From NCBI GenBank assembly GCA_963747235.1, contig CAVVEU010000013.1:1-64000 (forward strand): a stretch of DNA of 64,000 bases, read 5' to 3'. Of the stretch, positions 45,054 to 56,058 are shown in pieces (the first letter of the stretch is position 1; each line of letters begins with the position of its first letter). Position numbers and translations under genes: made by a program. The notes below the pieces were generated by a model, which did no database searches, was not told where the DNA came from, and saw only the letters and a program-made list of their open reading frames with translations. This DNA is from an uncultured Candidatus Rokubacteria bacterium (GTDB lineage: Bacteria > Methylomirabilota > Methylomirabilia > Rokubacteriales > CSP1-6).

Positions 45054-48000
45054 ATGGAAGCACTGGCTGAACTGCTCGGTGAGAGCCCGGCCATCAGCGT
45101 GGTCCGCGGGAAGCTGCGCCAGCTGCTGGAGGGCCAGCCGACCGGGCGGCGCCTCCCCGCAATCCTCATCCAGGGGGAAACCGGCACCGGCAAGGGGCTC
45201 GTCGCCCGGCTCATCCATCGGATGGGGCCGCGGAAGGGCGGCCCCTTTGTAGACATCAACTGCCCAGGGATCCCGGAGACACTGCTCGAGGCCGAGCTGT
45301 TCGGCTTCGAGCGGGGTGCCTTCACCGACGCGCGTCGCGCCAAGCCCGGCCTCCTTCAAACCGCGCACCGGGGCACGCTCTTCCTCGACGAGGTCGGGCC
45401 TGTTGCCCGAATCGGCCCAGGCCAAGCTCCTCACCGTGCATCGAGGAACGTGTCGTCCGCCGCCTCGGCAGCACCCGGCCGGAGGCGATCGACGTCTGCT
45501 TCATCAGCGCCACGAACATCGACCTCCAGGCGGCGCTCCGGGCGCGGCGCTTCCGGGAAGACCTCTATCATCGGCTGGCGGTGATCACATTCGAGTTACC
45601 CCCGCTGCGAGAGCGAGGTCGTGACGTGCTCCTCCTCGCCGAGCGGTTCCTCGACCGCGCCTGCGTCGACTATGGGCTGCCGCCGAAGACGCTGGGCGAG
45701 CAGGCCCAGGCCCGCCTGCTCGCGTATCGCTGGCCCGGCAATGTCCGCGAGCTGGCCAACGTGATGGAGCGTGCCGCGCTCTTCGCCGACGCGCCCGTGG
45801 TCACCGAAGCGATGCTGGAGCCGCTGTCGGCGGAGGGGCTCCACCCAGGGGCCCGGCGCCCAGCGCGAGTGCCGGTGCCGTCACGCCGGAAGAGGCGATG
45901 CGCCAGCATCTCCTGGCGGTGCTGGAGCAGAGCGCGGGGAACATCTCGCACGCCGCGGCCAGGCTGGGCATTGCCCGCAACACGCTCTACGCGCGCCTTG
46001 AGAAGTACGGTGTGCGCAGCCACCATCCTCCTCCCCGCCGCTCCGAGTCCGATCCCCGCGCCGACGGACACACGGATCCAGTGGGAACGCCGCGGGATCA
46101 CGCTGCTCTGCGCCGCCCTCGTCGAGGCGGACGGGGGCGACGAGGCGTCACCTCCGAGCCGGGCCTGGAAGGACGTGATCGACAAGCTGCAGACGTTCGG
46201 CGGCCGCGTAGAGGAAGTGACGCCGACGAGCGTCGTGGCCTCGTTCGGGGTCGATCCGGTGGAGGATGCGCCACGCCGCGCTGCTCATGCCGCGATGGTC
46301 ATTCACAAGAGAGCCGAGCGCGCCGTGAGGACAAGAGCAGGACGCCGGGGGTCAAGATCGGCATCCACGTGGCGCAGGTTCTCGTCGGACGCTCGGCGAG
46401 GCCGGATCGACATCGACGCGGAGGCCGAAGCGCGCGCAGTGGGCGGTGCTCGATCAGCTCCTGCAGACATCGGGACGGGACGAGACGGTGGCGAGTGCGG
46501 CGGCGGCCTCATTCTTGGAGCGCCGGTTCGAGCTCGTGCCGCTCGACGTCGGGGCGCCGAGTGCGGAGCAGCTCTATCGGCTCACGGGGCAGGAACGCCG
46601 GGGGTTGGGCCTGTGGGGTGCGATGACGAAGTTCGTGGGGCGTCGACGACGAGGTCGAGGTCTTACGGGGCCGCGTGGCCGCGGCGGGGAATGGGCAGGG
46701 CCAGCTCGTGGCGGTCGTCGGGGAACCTGGGGTGGGCAAGTCGCGCCTCTTGTGGGAGTTCACCCGCTCGCCGTCACGTTGCCGGCTGGCTCGTGCTGGA
46801 AGCGGGCGCCGTCCCCTACGGCAAGACCACGCCCTATCTCCCCGTGATCGACCTGCTCAAGGCCTACTGCGGGATCGGCGACCGCGATGACCAGCGCGCC
46901 ATCCGCGAGAAGGTCACCGGCAAGCTCCTCTCCCTGGACCCGGCGTTCGAGGTCGCCCTGCCTGCGTTCCTGACCCTGCTCGACCTGCCCGTGGACGACC
47001 GGGCGTGGCAGGCGCTCGACCCGGCCGGGCGGCGGCAGCGTACCCTGGAGGCCGTCAAGCGCCTCCTGCTGCGTGAGAGCCAGGTGCAGCCGGTGGCGCT
47101 CGTGTTCGAGGATCTGCAGTGGATCGACGGCGAGACGCAGGCGGTACTCGGGAGCCTGGCCGAGAGCCTCCCCGGGGTCCGTCTGCTGCTGCTCGGCAGC
47201 TATCGGCCCGAGTATGCTCATGGCTGGGGCAGCCAGGCCTGCTACACGCAGCTCCGGATCGACCCGCTGCCGCGGGAGAGTGCCGAGCGTGCTGCTCGAG
47301 GTACTCGTCGGGAGCGACCCCGGCCTGGACACGCTCAAGCGACTCCTGATCCAGCGAACCGAGGGCAATCCGCTCTTCGTCGAGGAGAGCGTCCGAGCGC
47401 TGGTCGAGACGGGCGCGTTGACGGGCGCGCGAGGCGACTACCGGCTGGCGCGCGACCTGCCCGCGATCCACGTGCCCGGCACGGTGCAGGCCATCTTGAC
47501 CGCGCGCATCGACCGCCTGCCGCCCGAGGAGAAGCGGCTCCTCGAGATTGCCGCGGTCATCGGGAAGGACTTTCCCCTGGCTCTCCTCCTGGCGGTGGCG
47601 GACGAGAACGAGGGGACGATCCGTCGCGGGCTGGGCTCATCTTCAGACGGCCGAGTTCGTCTACGAGACGCGCCTCTTCCCCGATCTCGAGTACACCTTC
47701 AAGCACGCGCTCACCCATGAGGTGGCCTACGGGAGCCTCCTCCACGACCGGCGCCGTGACCTCCACGCCCGGATCGCGGAGACCATGGAGCGCCTCTACG
47801 GTGATCGCCTCGGCGAGCAGACCGAGCGGCTCGCCCATCACGCGGTCCGTGGCGAGGTGTGGGAGAAGGCGGTGCACTATCTCAGGCAGGCCGGACTCAA
47901 GGCGGCCACGCGATCGGCACTGCGCGGAAGCCGCAGGTCTGGTTCGAGCAGGCGCTGGGTGTGCTCGGGGCACTGCCGGAGAGCCCGTCCACGCTGGAGC

Positions 48001-49149
48001 AGGGCTTCGAGATCCGCCTCGAGCTGGGGCCGGTGCTGGTGCAGCTCGGTGAGGACTCGGCGGAGGCTGGACCACGCGCGCGAGGCCGAAACCCTCGCCG
48101 AGCGGTTGAACGACGACTCGCCGCCGCGGCCGAGCCTGACCTTGCCCTGTGCAACGCCCACGCGCTGCTCGGCGAGCCGGACGAGGCGCTGGTGGCCGGC
48201 GCCCGCGCGCTGGAGCTTGCCGAGGCGGCTCGGGGACCTGAGGCTCCGCATCCTGGCCCCGACACTATCTCGCGCAGGCGCATTTCTTCCGGGGCGATTT
48301 CGAGCGGGCGGTCGAGCTGTCCACCGATAGCCTCGCGGCGCTGCCCGCCGACTGGGTCCACGATCCTTTCGGATACAGCCCCATACCGATCGGGGTCTAC
48401 TGTCGCCTCTGGGTGGTCCACAGCCTCGCCGAGCTCGGCCGATTCGCCGAGGCGGCCCCGTACGAGGCGGAGTTGCTCCGGCTCGCCGAGGCCGACTCAG
48501 CATGCGTTCACGCGTCGGGGTGGCCTACGACGCCGCGAGCTGGCTTCACCTCCGGAAGGGTGACTGGGCGACGGCGCACTCGGTGATCGAGCACGGTATC
48601 GCGGCGGTCCGGAAGGGGAGCATTGCCGCCGGACCTTCGCGACCATGGTCGCCGCGTCCGCCTGGGTCCTCGCGCAGCTCGGCGAGGCGAGCGAGGCGCT
48701 GACCCGGCTCCGGGAGGGCGAGCGGCTCCTCGAGTGTCAAGCGGGCGTGGCACGGCGTGCTCATGCCCTACCAGTCGATGGGACGTGCGGCTCTGCTGCT
48801 CGACCGGCTCGACGAGGCGCAGCGTCTGGGGGAACGCGCCGTCACATATTCTCCGTTTCGCCAGAGCGACGAAGCCCATGCGCTGCACCTGCTCGGCGAC
48901 ATCGCGACCCATCCCGACCGATTCGATGCCGAGAGCGGAGAGGCCTACTACCGGAAGGCGCTGGCGCTCGCCGAGCCGCGCGGCATGCGGCCTCTCGTCG
49001 CCCACTGCCACCTCGGCCTCGGCAGGCTCTACGCGCGCACCGGCAAGCGGGAGGCGCAGGAACACCTCACCATCGCGACGAGGATGTACCGGGAGATGGA
49101 CATGTCGTACTGGATCGAGCAGGCGGAGAGCGTGAAAGGCTCCCGCTAG
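45054..49149 (+). CDS. Sigma54 activator AAA+-Fis HTH fused to degenerate cyclase-like, AAA ATPase and TPR domains (many frameshifts)
   Basis: [81 protein letters not shown]. Confidence 0.85.
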
Positions 49150-50860
49150 CGAGGGCCGAGGTCGCGCTCGGCGTCGGCCAGCAGGCGCGTCGAAGGCCGG
49201 CGGCACCTCGATCGCGCGCCCGACGACGCCGGGGCTGTAGCCCTGGAGCCAGTAGCTGTTGGTCGGGTGGCCGCCGCCGGCCACGACGATCAGGAAGTTG
49301 TCGGGGCTGGCCGTGATCGGCCACGGGTCCAGCGCGAGGCTCTCGCGCGCCACCTTGCTCGTGTCGATCTCGATCCACGCCGGGGCCCCCGCGCGACGGA
49401 GCTGCTCGGCGGGAATGCGCGAGTGCTCCCAGAGGAACTCGCGCATCGAGGCCTTGGTCCAGCCGAGGCCGGCCATGGTCTGGGCGACGATGCCCGGGAT
49501 CATCAGGATGCCCGGGGTGCCGTGCTCGTAGCCGGCGAGGCCGGCCATGTTGGGCACGCGCATGAAGTCGGCCATGCGGTGCATGCCCTGGAGCGCGTCC
49601 TCCTCGGGCGTCTCCTTCTTGGCGCCGCGCCGCCGGATGTTCGTGGCCCCGTTGGCGAAGGCGAGCGAGATGGAATTGCCGCCCGGCGCGAAGCCGTGGC
49701 GCTCGGTGCGCGTGCGGCGCCCAGCCCGCGGGCAGGCTCGCCTCGTCCTCGGCGAAGACCACGTTCGTGTAGCGCAGGCCGCCGTAGTTGGCCATGGTGC
49801 CGATGCCGGGCAGGGCGCCGCCCAGGTTCTGCTGGAGCAGGCGCAGCGCGCGGCCGATGCTGGCGCCCGCCGGCCGCTGCGGATCCGGGCCGAGGCAGCC
49901 GAAGCCCGCGTTCAGCCGGATCTGGGCGCCGATCGGCCCGTTGACGATCACCACCGGGAACGCGCTGCCCGACGCGGCCTGCAGGGTCTCGCTCCCCGAC
50001 TCGGGATCGAGGAAGGCCTCCACCGCGGCCACGAGCACCGGCAGGTACTCGGGTCGGCCGCCCGCCATCGCCAGGGCGATGGCGCACGACTCGATCGTGG
50101 TCACGCCGCCGCGCGGGGGAAAGGTGCCGAGCCGCTGCCGTCGCGGCTGCGCGGCGCCGGTCAGGATCCAGTCCACGCGCTCGCGCGTCGGAGGCCAGAG
50201 CGGCAGGCCGTCGCCCCAGCGGTTGGCGAGCATCAGGTGGTTCGCGCGGGCGAAGGCGTCCTCGACGCTCGCGCCCTCCACGCGGATCATGGGCGCCTCG
50301 CCCGCGGCGTCGCCGCCGAAGGCCGAGCGCCAGCGCGTCAGGCCGTCGTAGAACTCCTGCTTGCGCGCCTCCACCGGGGTGATGTCGCTGCCCGGCAGGA
50401 ACATCTCGATGGGGAAGGTGACCATCGCCGCGTCGGGCGCGAGCCCGAGGCCGGCCACCGCGTTCGTCATGACCCCCACGAAATCCGCGCGGGTCAGCGT
50501 GACCGTCGGGATTCCGTGGGCCTCGAGCCTGGCGGCCGACCGGCCGCACGCCGTCGCGCAGGTCCCTCAGGCGGCGTTGCCGATGATGACGGCGTCGACC
50601 CCGCTCGCCTTCACGAGCGCCGCCGTCTCCTCCGAGCCGATGACCGCGTTGCCCTGGGGGAAGGCGTCGATCGGCAGGACCTCGATGCCCGGGAAGTCCG
50701 CCTCGAGCAGCGACTTGAGCAGCGGCAGCATGCGGTAGGCCTGCCACTGCTCGTTGCTGACGAAGCCGATCCGCTTACCCGCGAGGGCGCCGACGCGCGG
50801 CGCATGGGACTGCTTCACCTCGATGGCGCCGGACGGGTCGTGGAACTCGAGGCTGATCAT
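49146..50860 (-). CDS. UGSC-family selenoprotein fusion with in-frame TGA (Sec) at 50567-50569
   Basis: VDAVIIGNAA-TGA-GTCATACG continues in frame to RLEAHGIPTV and GDGLPLWPPTRERV; SECIS-like hairpin follows. Confidence 0.82.
50532..50547 (-). promoter_or_regulatory. Putative bacterial SECIS hairpin
   Basis: GCGGCC-GGUC-GGCCGC; loop starts with G, 25 nt after the UGA. Confidence 0.65.
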
Positions 50861-51097
50861 CGCGAAGCCGAGTATAGCCCACGGAGCAGGGCTCGCCGGG
50901 GACTCTCGGGCGATTCCCGGGGAGCGGGTCCGGCGCGGCCGGCGCGATCGCGCAGCTCATGGGAGAGTCGCGCGCCCAGGGGGGCACGGCCGCCTATTGG
51001 ACGTTCGCCGGTGGGCCAAGGTCCAATACGGGGCCCAATTGGGGGCGGCTAGAGTTGTGAGGAGACATCCGAACCGCTCGTCCTTGGAGGTTCATTC

Positions 51098-51580
51098 ATG
51101 CGTGTATTCCTCTTCACTCTGCTCGCACTCGGCCTGGTCGGGCCGGCGTACGCCCAGGTGCATGTCGACATCGGCATCCATCTGCCGCGGCCGCCCCGGC
51201 TCGTCATCGTCCCCGAAGTCCGGTCGGTCCAGTACGTGCCCACCGGTGACGCGAATCTCTTCTTCTACAGCGGCCGGTACTGGGCCTTCGCCAACGGGTC
51301 CTGGCACTCGAGCCGCGGTTACAACGGCCCCTGGGCCATGGTCGGCCGGAACGCGGTGCCGCAATCCGTGCTGCTCGTACCGGTGAACTACTATCGCGCC
51401 CGGCCCGCGAACTGGGGCGGGTGGCAGCGGCAGCATCCGCCGCGCTGGGGCAACGAGTGGGGTCACGAATGGGCCGAAAAGCGCAAGTGGCGCGATCGGG
51501 ATGACGACCACGACCGGGGCCGCGGCCGGGACAATGATCGGCACGACAACCGGCGTGATGGCCGGGGGCCGGGCCGGTAG
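51098..51580 (+). CDS. Secreted Trp/Pro/Arg-rich protein with D/R low-complexity tail
   Basis: GGAGG RBS, signal AYA-Q, VDIGIHLP, FFYSGRYW, YNGPW. Confidence 0.75.
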   Translation: MRVFLFTLLALGLVGPAYAQVHVDIGIHLPRPPRLVIVPEVRSVQYVPTGDANLFFYSGRYWAFANGSWHSSRGYNGPWAMVGRNAVPQSVLLVPVNYYRARPANWGGWQRQHPPRWGNEWGHEWAEKRKWRDRDDDHDRGRGRDNDRHDNRRDGRGPGR

Positions 51581-51667
51581 GGCGCGCCTCCGCACGTAAC
51601 GTTAAAAGGTGGCGGTGCCCTCCGCGCTTGACCCGCGTCTCTCGCGTGTGTTAGGTCGGAGGGCACC

Positions 51668-52699
51668 ATGACCATCACGATCTTCGGCGCTGGCGCGATT
51701 GGAGGCACCACGGGGGCCGCCCTGGCCCAGGCAGGGCACGACGTCCTGCTCGTGGACAGCAATGCCCCGCACGTCGAGGCCATCAACGCCCAGGGCCTCA
51801 CCGTGGAGCGGGAGGGCAAGACGACCACCACGCGGGTGCACGCGGTCCTGGCCCGGGAGCTCAGCGAAGGCCTGGACCTGGTCATGCTGGCGGTGAAGAG
51901 CCACCACACGGAGGAGGCGCTCGGCGTCCTGGTGCCCAGGCTGGCGGCGGGTAGCACCGTGGTGTCGCTCCAGAACGGGCTCAGCGAGGAGCAGATCGCC
52001 CGGGCGGTGGGGCCGGCGCGCACGGTCGGCTGCCTGGTGAACTGGGCGGCGGACTGGGTGGCCCCGGGGCGCATCCTTCACGGCGGCCACGGGGCCTTCG
52101 TGCTGGGCGAGCTCGACGGCCGCATCACCCCGCGCGTGCGCGAGCTGGCGGCGCTGCTGAGCGCGGTGGAGCAGACCCCGGTCACCGACAACATCTGGGG
52201 CTACAAGTGGGGCAAGCTCATCTACGGCGCGCTCCTCTTCGGGACCGCGGTGGTGGACGCCCACGTGTACGAAGTGGTGGAGCGGAGCCCCGGGGTGCAG
52301 CAGGCGCTGGTCGGCATCGTGGGCGAGGGGCTGGCGGTGGCCGACAAGGCCGGGGTGCGCGTCGAGCCCTTCGACGAGTTCGATCCCGCCTGGTACCGCG
52401 CCGCGCTGGCCGGCGACACGGGCGCGCGGGCGCGCGCGATGACCGCCATCGCGGAGCACTACCGCGCGCACACGAAGACCAAGACCGGCATCTGGCGTGA
52501 TCTGGCCGTGCGCAAGCGCAAGACCGAGGTGGACGGCCAGCTCGGCATGCTGGCGCGGAAGGGCGAGGCCCTCGGCGTGCCCATGCCGCTCACCCGCCGG
52601 CTCGGCGAGCTGATCCGCGATCTGGAGGACGGCCGGCGCCAGATGGACTGGGCCAACCTCGATCCGCTCGTCGCCCTCGCGGGCGGGGCGCGCGCGTGA
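51668..52699 (+). CDS. Ketopantoate reductase (ApbA/PanE) family oxidoreductase
   Basis: GAGAIGG, LAVKS, SLQNGL, WGKL, RKTEVD. Confidence 0.88.
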   Translation: MTITIFGAGAIGGTTGAALAQAGHDVLLVDSNAPHVEAINAQGLTVEREGKTTTTRVHAVLARELSEGLDLVMLAVKSHHTEEALGVLVPRLAAGSTVVSLQNGLSEEQIARAVGPARTVGCLVNWAADWVAPGRILHGGHGAFVLGELDGRITPRVRELAALLSAVEQTPVTDNIWGYKWGKLIYGALLFGTAVVDAHVYEVVERSPGVQQALVGIVGEGLAVADKAGVRVEPFDEFDPAWYRAALAGDTGARARAMTAIAEHYRAHTKTKTGIWRDLAVRKRKTEVDGQLGMLARKGEALGVPMPLTRRLGELIRDLEDGRRQMDWANLDPLVALAGGARA

Positions 52700-54459
52700 G
52701 GCGCCCGCACTGGGGCTGGCAGGACCCGCTGGAGGCCAAGCTCCTCCCCGCGGTCTCGGCCGACGCGCTCATGGCCCACGCCCGCGTCATCGCCACCTGG
52801 GAGCGCGAGTCGGGCAGCCCGGGTGAGGCGCGCGCCTTCGACTACATCGAGAGCTGTCTCAAGGGCTATGGCCTCGAGGTGGAGCGGCGCGAGATCGAGG
52901 CCTACATCTCGCTGCCGCTCGAGTCCCACGTGCTCCTGCCCGACGGCACCGTGATCGGGGCGCTGACGCACTCGTTCTCGACCTCCACCGGACCGGACGG
53001 CCTCGAGGCGGAGCTCGTGGACGGCGGCGACGGCACGGTAGAGGCGCTGGCGCGCGCGGGAGCGCGAGGGAAGCTGGCCCTGGTGGACAACTTCGCCACC
53101 CCCGCGAAGGCGTGGGCCGCGCAGGAGGCGGGCACGCTGGGCCAGCTCTTCACGAACCTGGACCACCTGCACAACATGATCGTCACCACGATCTGGGGCA
53201 CGCCCAGCCCGGAGACCGCGTGGCGCATCCCGAAGCTCCCGTGTAGCTCGATCAAGAAGGTGGACGCCGACCGCCTGCGCGCGCGGCTTCAGGCCGGCCC
53301 GCTGCGCGTGCGGCTCGTCACCCGCGTGCGTACCGAATGGATGCCGATCCCGCATCTCACCGGACACCTGGCCGGGGCCGCGGACGCCTTCACCCTCTTC
53401 TCCGGCCACGTGGATGCCTGGCATCACGGCGCCATGGACAACGGCAGCGCCAACGCCACCATGCTCGAGGTTGCGCGGCTGCTGGGTGAGCATCGCGGGC
53501 GCCTGCGCCGGGGCCTGCGCCTGGCCTTCTGGTCCGGCCACTCGCACGGGCGCTACGCGGGCTCGGCGTGGTACGCGGATCACACGTGGCGCGAGCTCGA
53601 GCGTAACGGCGTGCTGCACCTCAACGTGGATTCGACCGGCGCGAAGGGCGCGACCGACTTCACCGTCTTCCACGCCACCGAGGACGCGGCGGACTTCGCG
53701 GAGGCGGTGGTGGCCGACGTGACCGGGCAGCGGGGCCGGGCGCGACACTTCTCGCGCGCGGGGGACCAGTCCTTCTGGGGCATCGGGCTGCCCAGCGCGT
53801 TCATGTCCATGTCGCAGCTCCCGCCGCAGGACACGGAGTTCGGCCGGACCACCGAGCGGCTCTTCGGCACCTCCGGCTTCCCCTGGTGGTGGCACACGCG
53901 TGAAGACACCATCGACAAGCTCGACGGCGCCGTGCTGGCTCACGACACCAAGGTCTTCGTGGCCTCCGCGCTGCGCCTCTGCAACGCGCCGGTGCTGCCG
54001 CTCGGACCGGCCCGCGCCGCGCGCGCGGTGGCGGACACCGCCGCCGAGCTGCACGCCGCGGCGGCCGGGCGCATGGATCTGGCGCCGCTGGTGGACGCCG
54101 CCCGCGGGCTCGCCGCGTCGCTCGACGCCGCGGCCCCGGGGCTCGCGCGCCTGGCCGCCGGCGACGGGGCCGACACCGCGGCCGCCAACCGGCTGCTCAT
54201 GCGCCTTTCGCGCGCGCTGGTGCCGCTGCTCTTCACCGGCGGCGACCGCTTCACCCATGACCTGGCCGTCGGCATCCCGCCGCTGGCCGGGTTGCAGCGC
54301 GCCCGGGAGCTGCCCGGCATGGACGCCGCCGCCGACCTCACCAAGTTCTCGCTCGCCGCGCTGGGGCGCGAGCGCAACCGTGCGCACCACGCCCTCGACG
54401 TGGCCTCCGACCTCGCCGCCGAGCTCGGCTCCCGCGTCCCACAAGGAGAGATTCGATGA
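52696..54459 (+). CDS. M28 family metallopeptidase
   Basis: SGHVDAW, GAMDNGSA, WSGHSHGRY, WWWHTREDT. Confidence 0.85.
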   Translation: MRRPHWGWQDPLEAKLLPAVSADALMAHARVIATWERESGSPGEARAFDYIESCLKGYGLEVERREIEAYISLPLESHVLLPDGTVIGALTHSFSTSTGPDGLEAELVDGGDGTVEALARAGARGKLALVDNFATPAKAWAAQEAGTLGQLFTNLDHLHNMIVTTIWGTPSPETAWRIPKLPCSSIKKVDADRLRARLQAGPLRVRLVTRVRTEWMPIPHLTGHLAGAADAFTLFSGHVDAWHHGAMDNGSANATMLEVARLLGEHRGRLRRGLRLAFWSGHSHGRYAGSAWYADHTWRELERNGVLHLNVDSTGAKGATDFTVFHATEDAADFAEAVVADVTGQRGRARHFSRAGDQSFWGIGLPSAFMSMSQLPPQDTEFGRTTERLFGTSGFPWWWHTREDTIDKLDGAVLAHDTKVFVASALRLCNAPVLPLGPARAARAVADTAAELHAAAAGRMDLAPLVDAARGLAASLDAAAPGLARLAAGDGADTAAANRLLMRLSRALVPLLFTGGDRFTHDLAVGIPPLAGLQRARELPGMDAAADLTKFSLAALGRERNRAHHALDVASDLAAELGSRVPQGEIR

Positions 54460-56048
54460 CGCGATTCCGGAACGCGCTGCTCGCCCTCATCGCCGTCGCG
54501 GTCGCCGCAGGGCTCCTGGCTCCCGCCGGCCCGGCCGAGGCCCAGAAGCGGGGCGGCACCCTCACCATCGTGCGCCCCACCGATCCCGTCTCGCTGGACC
54601 CGAACCTCGAGACCACCGCGCCCGGCGCGTGGGTGTACTTCAACATGCTCGAAGGGCTCCTGACGCTCGACACCAAGATGCAGGTCCAGCCCTCGCTGGC
54701 CACCTCCTACGAGGTGATGTCGCCCACGCGGGTGCGCTTCAAGCTGCGCCCCAACGTGAAGTTCCACGACGGCACGCCGCTGAACGCGGCCGCGGTGAAG
54801 TTCACCTATGACCGCGCCCTCAAGGGCACGCCGCCCGCCCGCTGGGCCAGCCTCGCCGGCTCGCTCGAGGGGGCCGAGGTGGTGGACAACCTCACGGTGG
54901 ACATCGTCACCCGGGAGCCGTACGGCCCGGTGCTCCGCACGCTCGCCATGTACTGCATGGGCATCGTGTCGCCCACCGCGGTGGGCAAGCTGGGCGCCGA
55001 CTTCAGCCGGGCGCCGGTGGGCACGGGGCCGTTCAAGTTCGTCGAGTGGAAGACCAATACCCACGTGATCATCGAGCGCTTCCCGGACTACTGGGGCGAC
55101 AAGGCCCTGCTCGACCGCGTGATCTTCAAGGTGGTGCCGGAAGAAGGCGCCCGGATGATCGCGCTCCAGACCGGGGACGCGGACATGGTGCTGTTCCCGT
55201 CGCCGGCGCAGCTTCCCGCCCTGAGGAAGGACGCGAAGTTCACCGTGCACGAGACCACCGGCATCCGCGTCGTCTTCGCGGGCTTCCACGCGGGCATGCC
55301 GCCGCTGGACGACGTGCGGGTGCGCCAGGCCCTGCTGCACGCGGTGGACCGGAAGGCCATCGTCGAGAACATCATGGAAGGCTCGGCGGGCCCGGCGATG
55401 GGCGTGCTCGCGCCCGGGGTGTTCGGCTACAAGGACATGCAGCTCGACAAGCTCTACCCGTTCGATCGCGCGAAGGCCAAGGCGCTGCTCGCCCAGGCGG
55501 GCTGGACGCCGGGGGCCGACGGCATCCTCCAGAAGGGCGGCCAGCGTCTCTCGCTCTCCTGGCTCGCCGCGCGCGGCCGCTACCCCAAGGACGGCGAGAT
55601 CACCGAGGCCATCCAGGCCATGTTCAAGGACGTCGGGGTCGAGGCCAAGGTGCAGGTGCTCGAGTGGGGAGCGGTGTTCACCCAGTTCCGCGGCAACCCG
55701 CTCAACCATCACATGTTCACGCTGGGCTGGGTCACCTCCAACGCCGACGCGGACTACTCCCTGTACGCGCTCTTCCACAGCAAGCAGGTGCCGCCCGCGG
55801 GCTGGAATACCTCGCGCTACGCAAACCCCCGGGTGGACACGCTGGTGGAGCAGGCGCGCCGCAGCCTGAACCAGTCGGAGCGCGAGAAGCTCTACTTCGA
55901 GGTGCAGGACATCCTGGCCAAGGAGATGGTGTGGATCCCGGTCTACACGACGAAGGAGATCATCGCGGCCCGGGGCAACGTCAAGGGCTTCACCATCCAC
56001 CCGGTGGAGTACAACCTCTGGCTGGGTAAGGTCTGGCTCGACAAGTAG
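54456..56048 (+). CDS. Peptide ABC substrate-binding protein (family 5)
   Basis: SLDP, VKFHDGTP, PVGTGPFKF, DVRVRQA. Confidence 0.92.
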   Translation: MTRFRNALLALIAVAVAAGLLAPAGPAEAQKRGGTLTIVRPTDPVSLDPNLETTAPGAWVYFNMLEGLLTLDTKMQVQPSLATSYEVMSPTRVRFKLRPNVKFHDGTPLNAAAVKFTYDRALKGTPPARWASLAGSLEGAEVVDNLTVDIVTREPYGPVLRTLAMYCMGIVSPTAVGKLGADFSRAPVGTGPFKFVEWKTNTHVIIERFPDYWGDKALLDRVIFKVVPEEGARMIALQTGDADMVLFPSPAQLPALRKDAKFTVHETTGIRVVFAGFHAGMPPLDDVRVRQALLHAVDRKAIVENIMEGSAGPAMGVLAPGVFGYKDMQLDKLYPFDRAKAKALLAQAGWTPGADGILQKGGQRLSLSWLAARGRYPKDGEITEAIQAMFKDVGVEAKVQVLEWGAVFTQFRGNPLNHHMFTLGWVTSNADADYSLYALFHSKQVPPAGWNTSRYANPRVDTLVEQARRSLNQSEREKLYFEVQDILAKEMVWIPVYTTKEIIAARGNVKGFTIHPVEYNLWLGKVWLDK

Positions 56049-56058
56049 CCCCGTCGCG

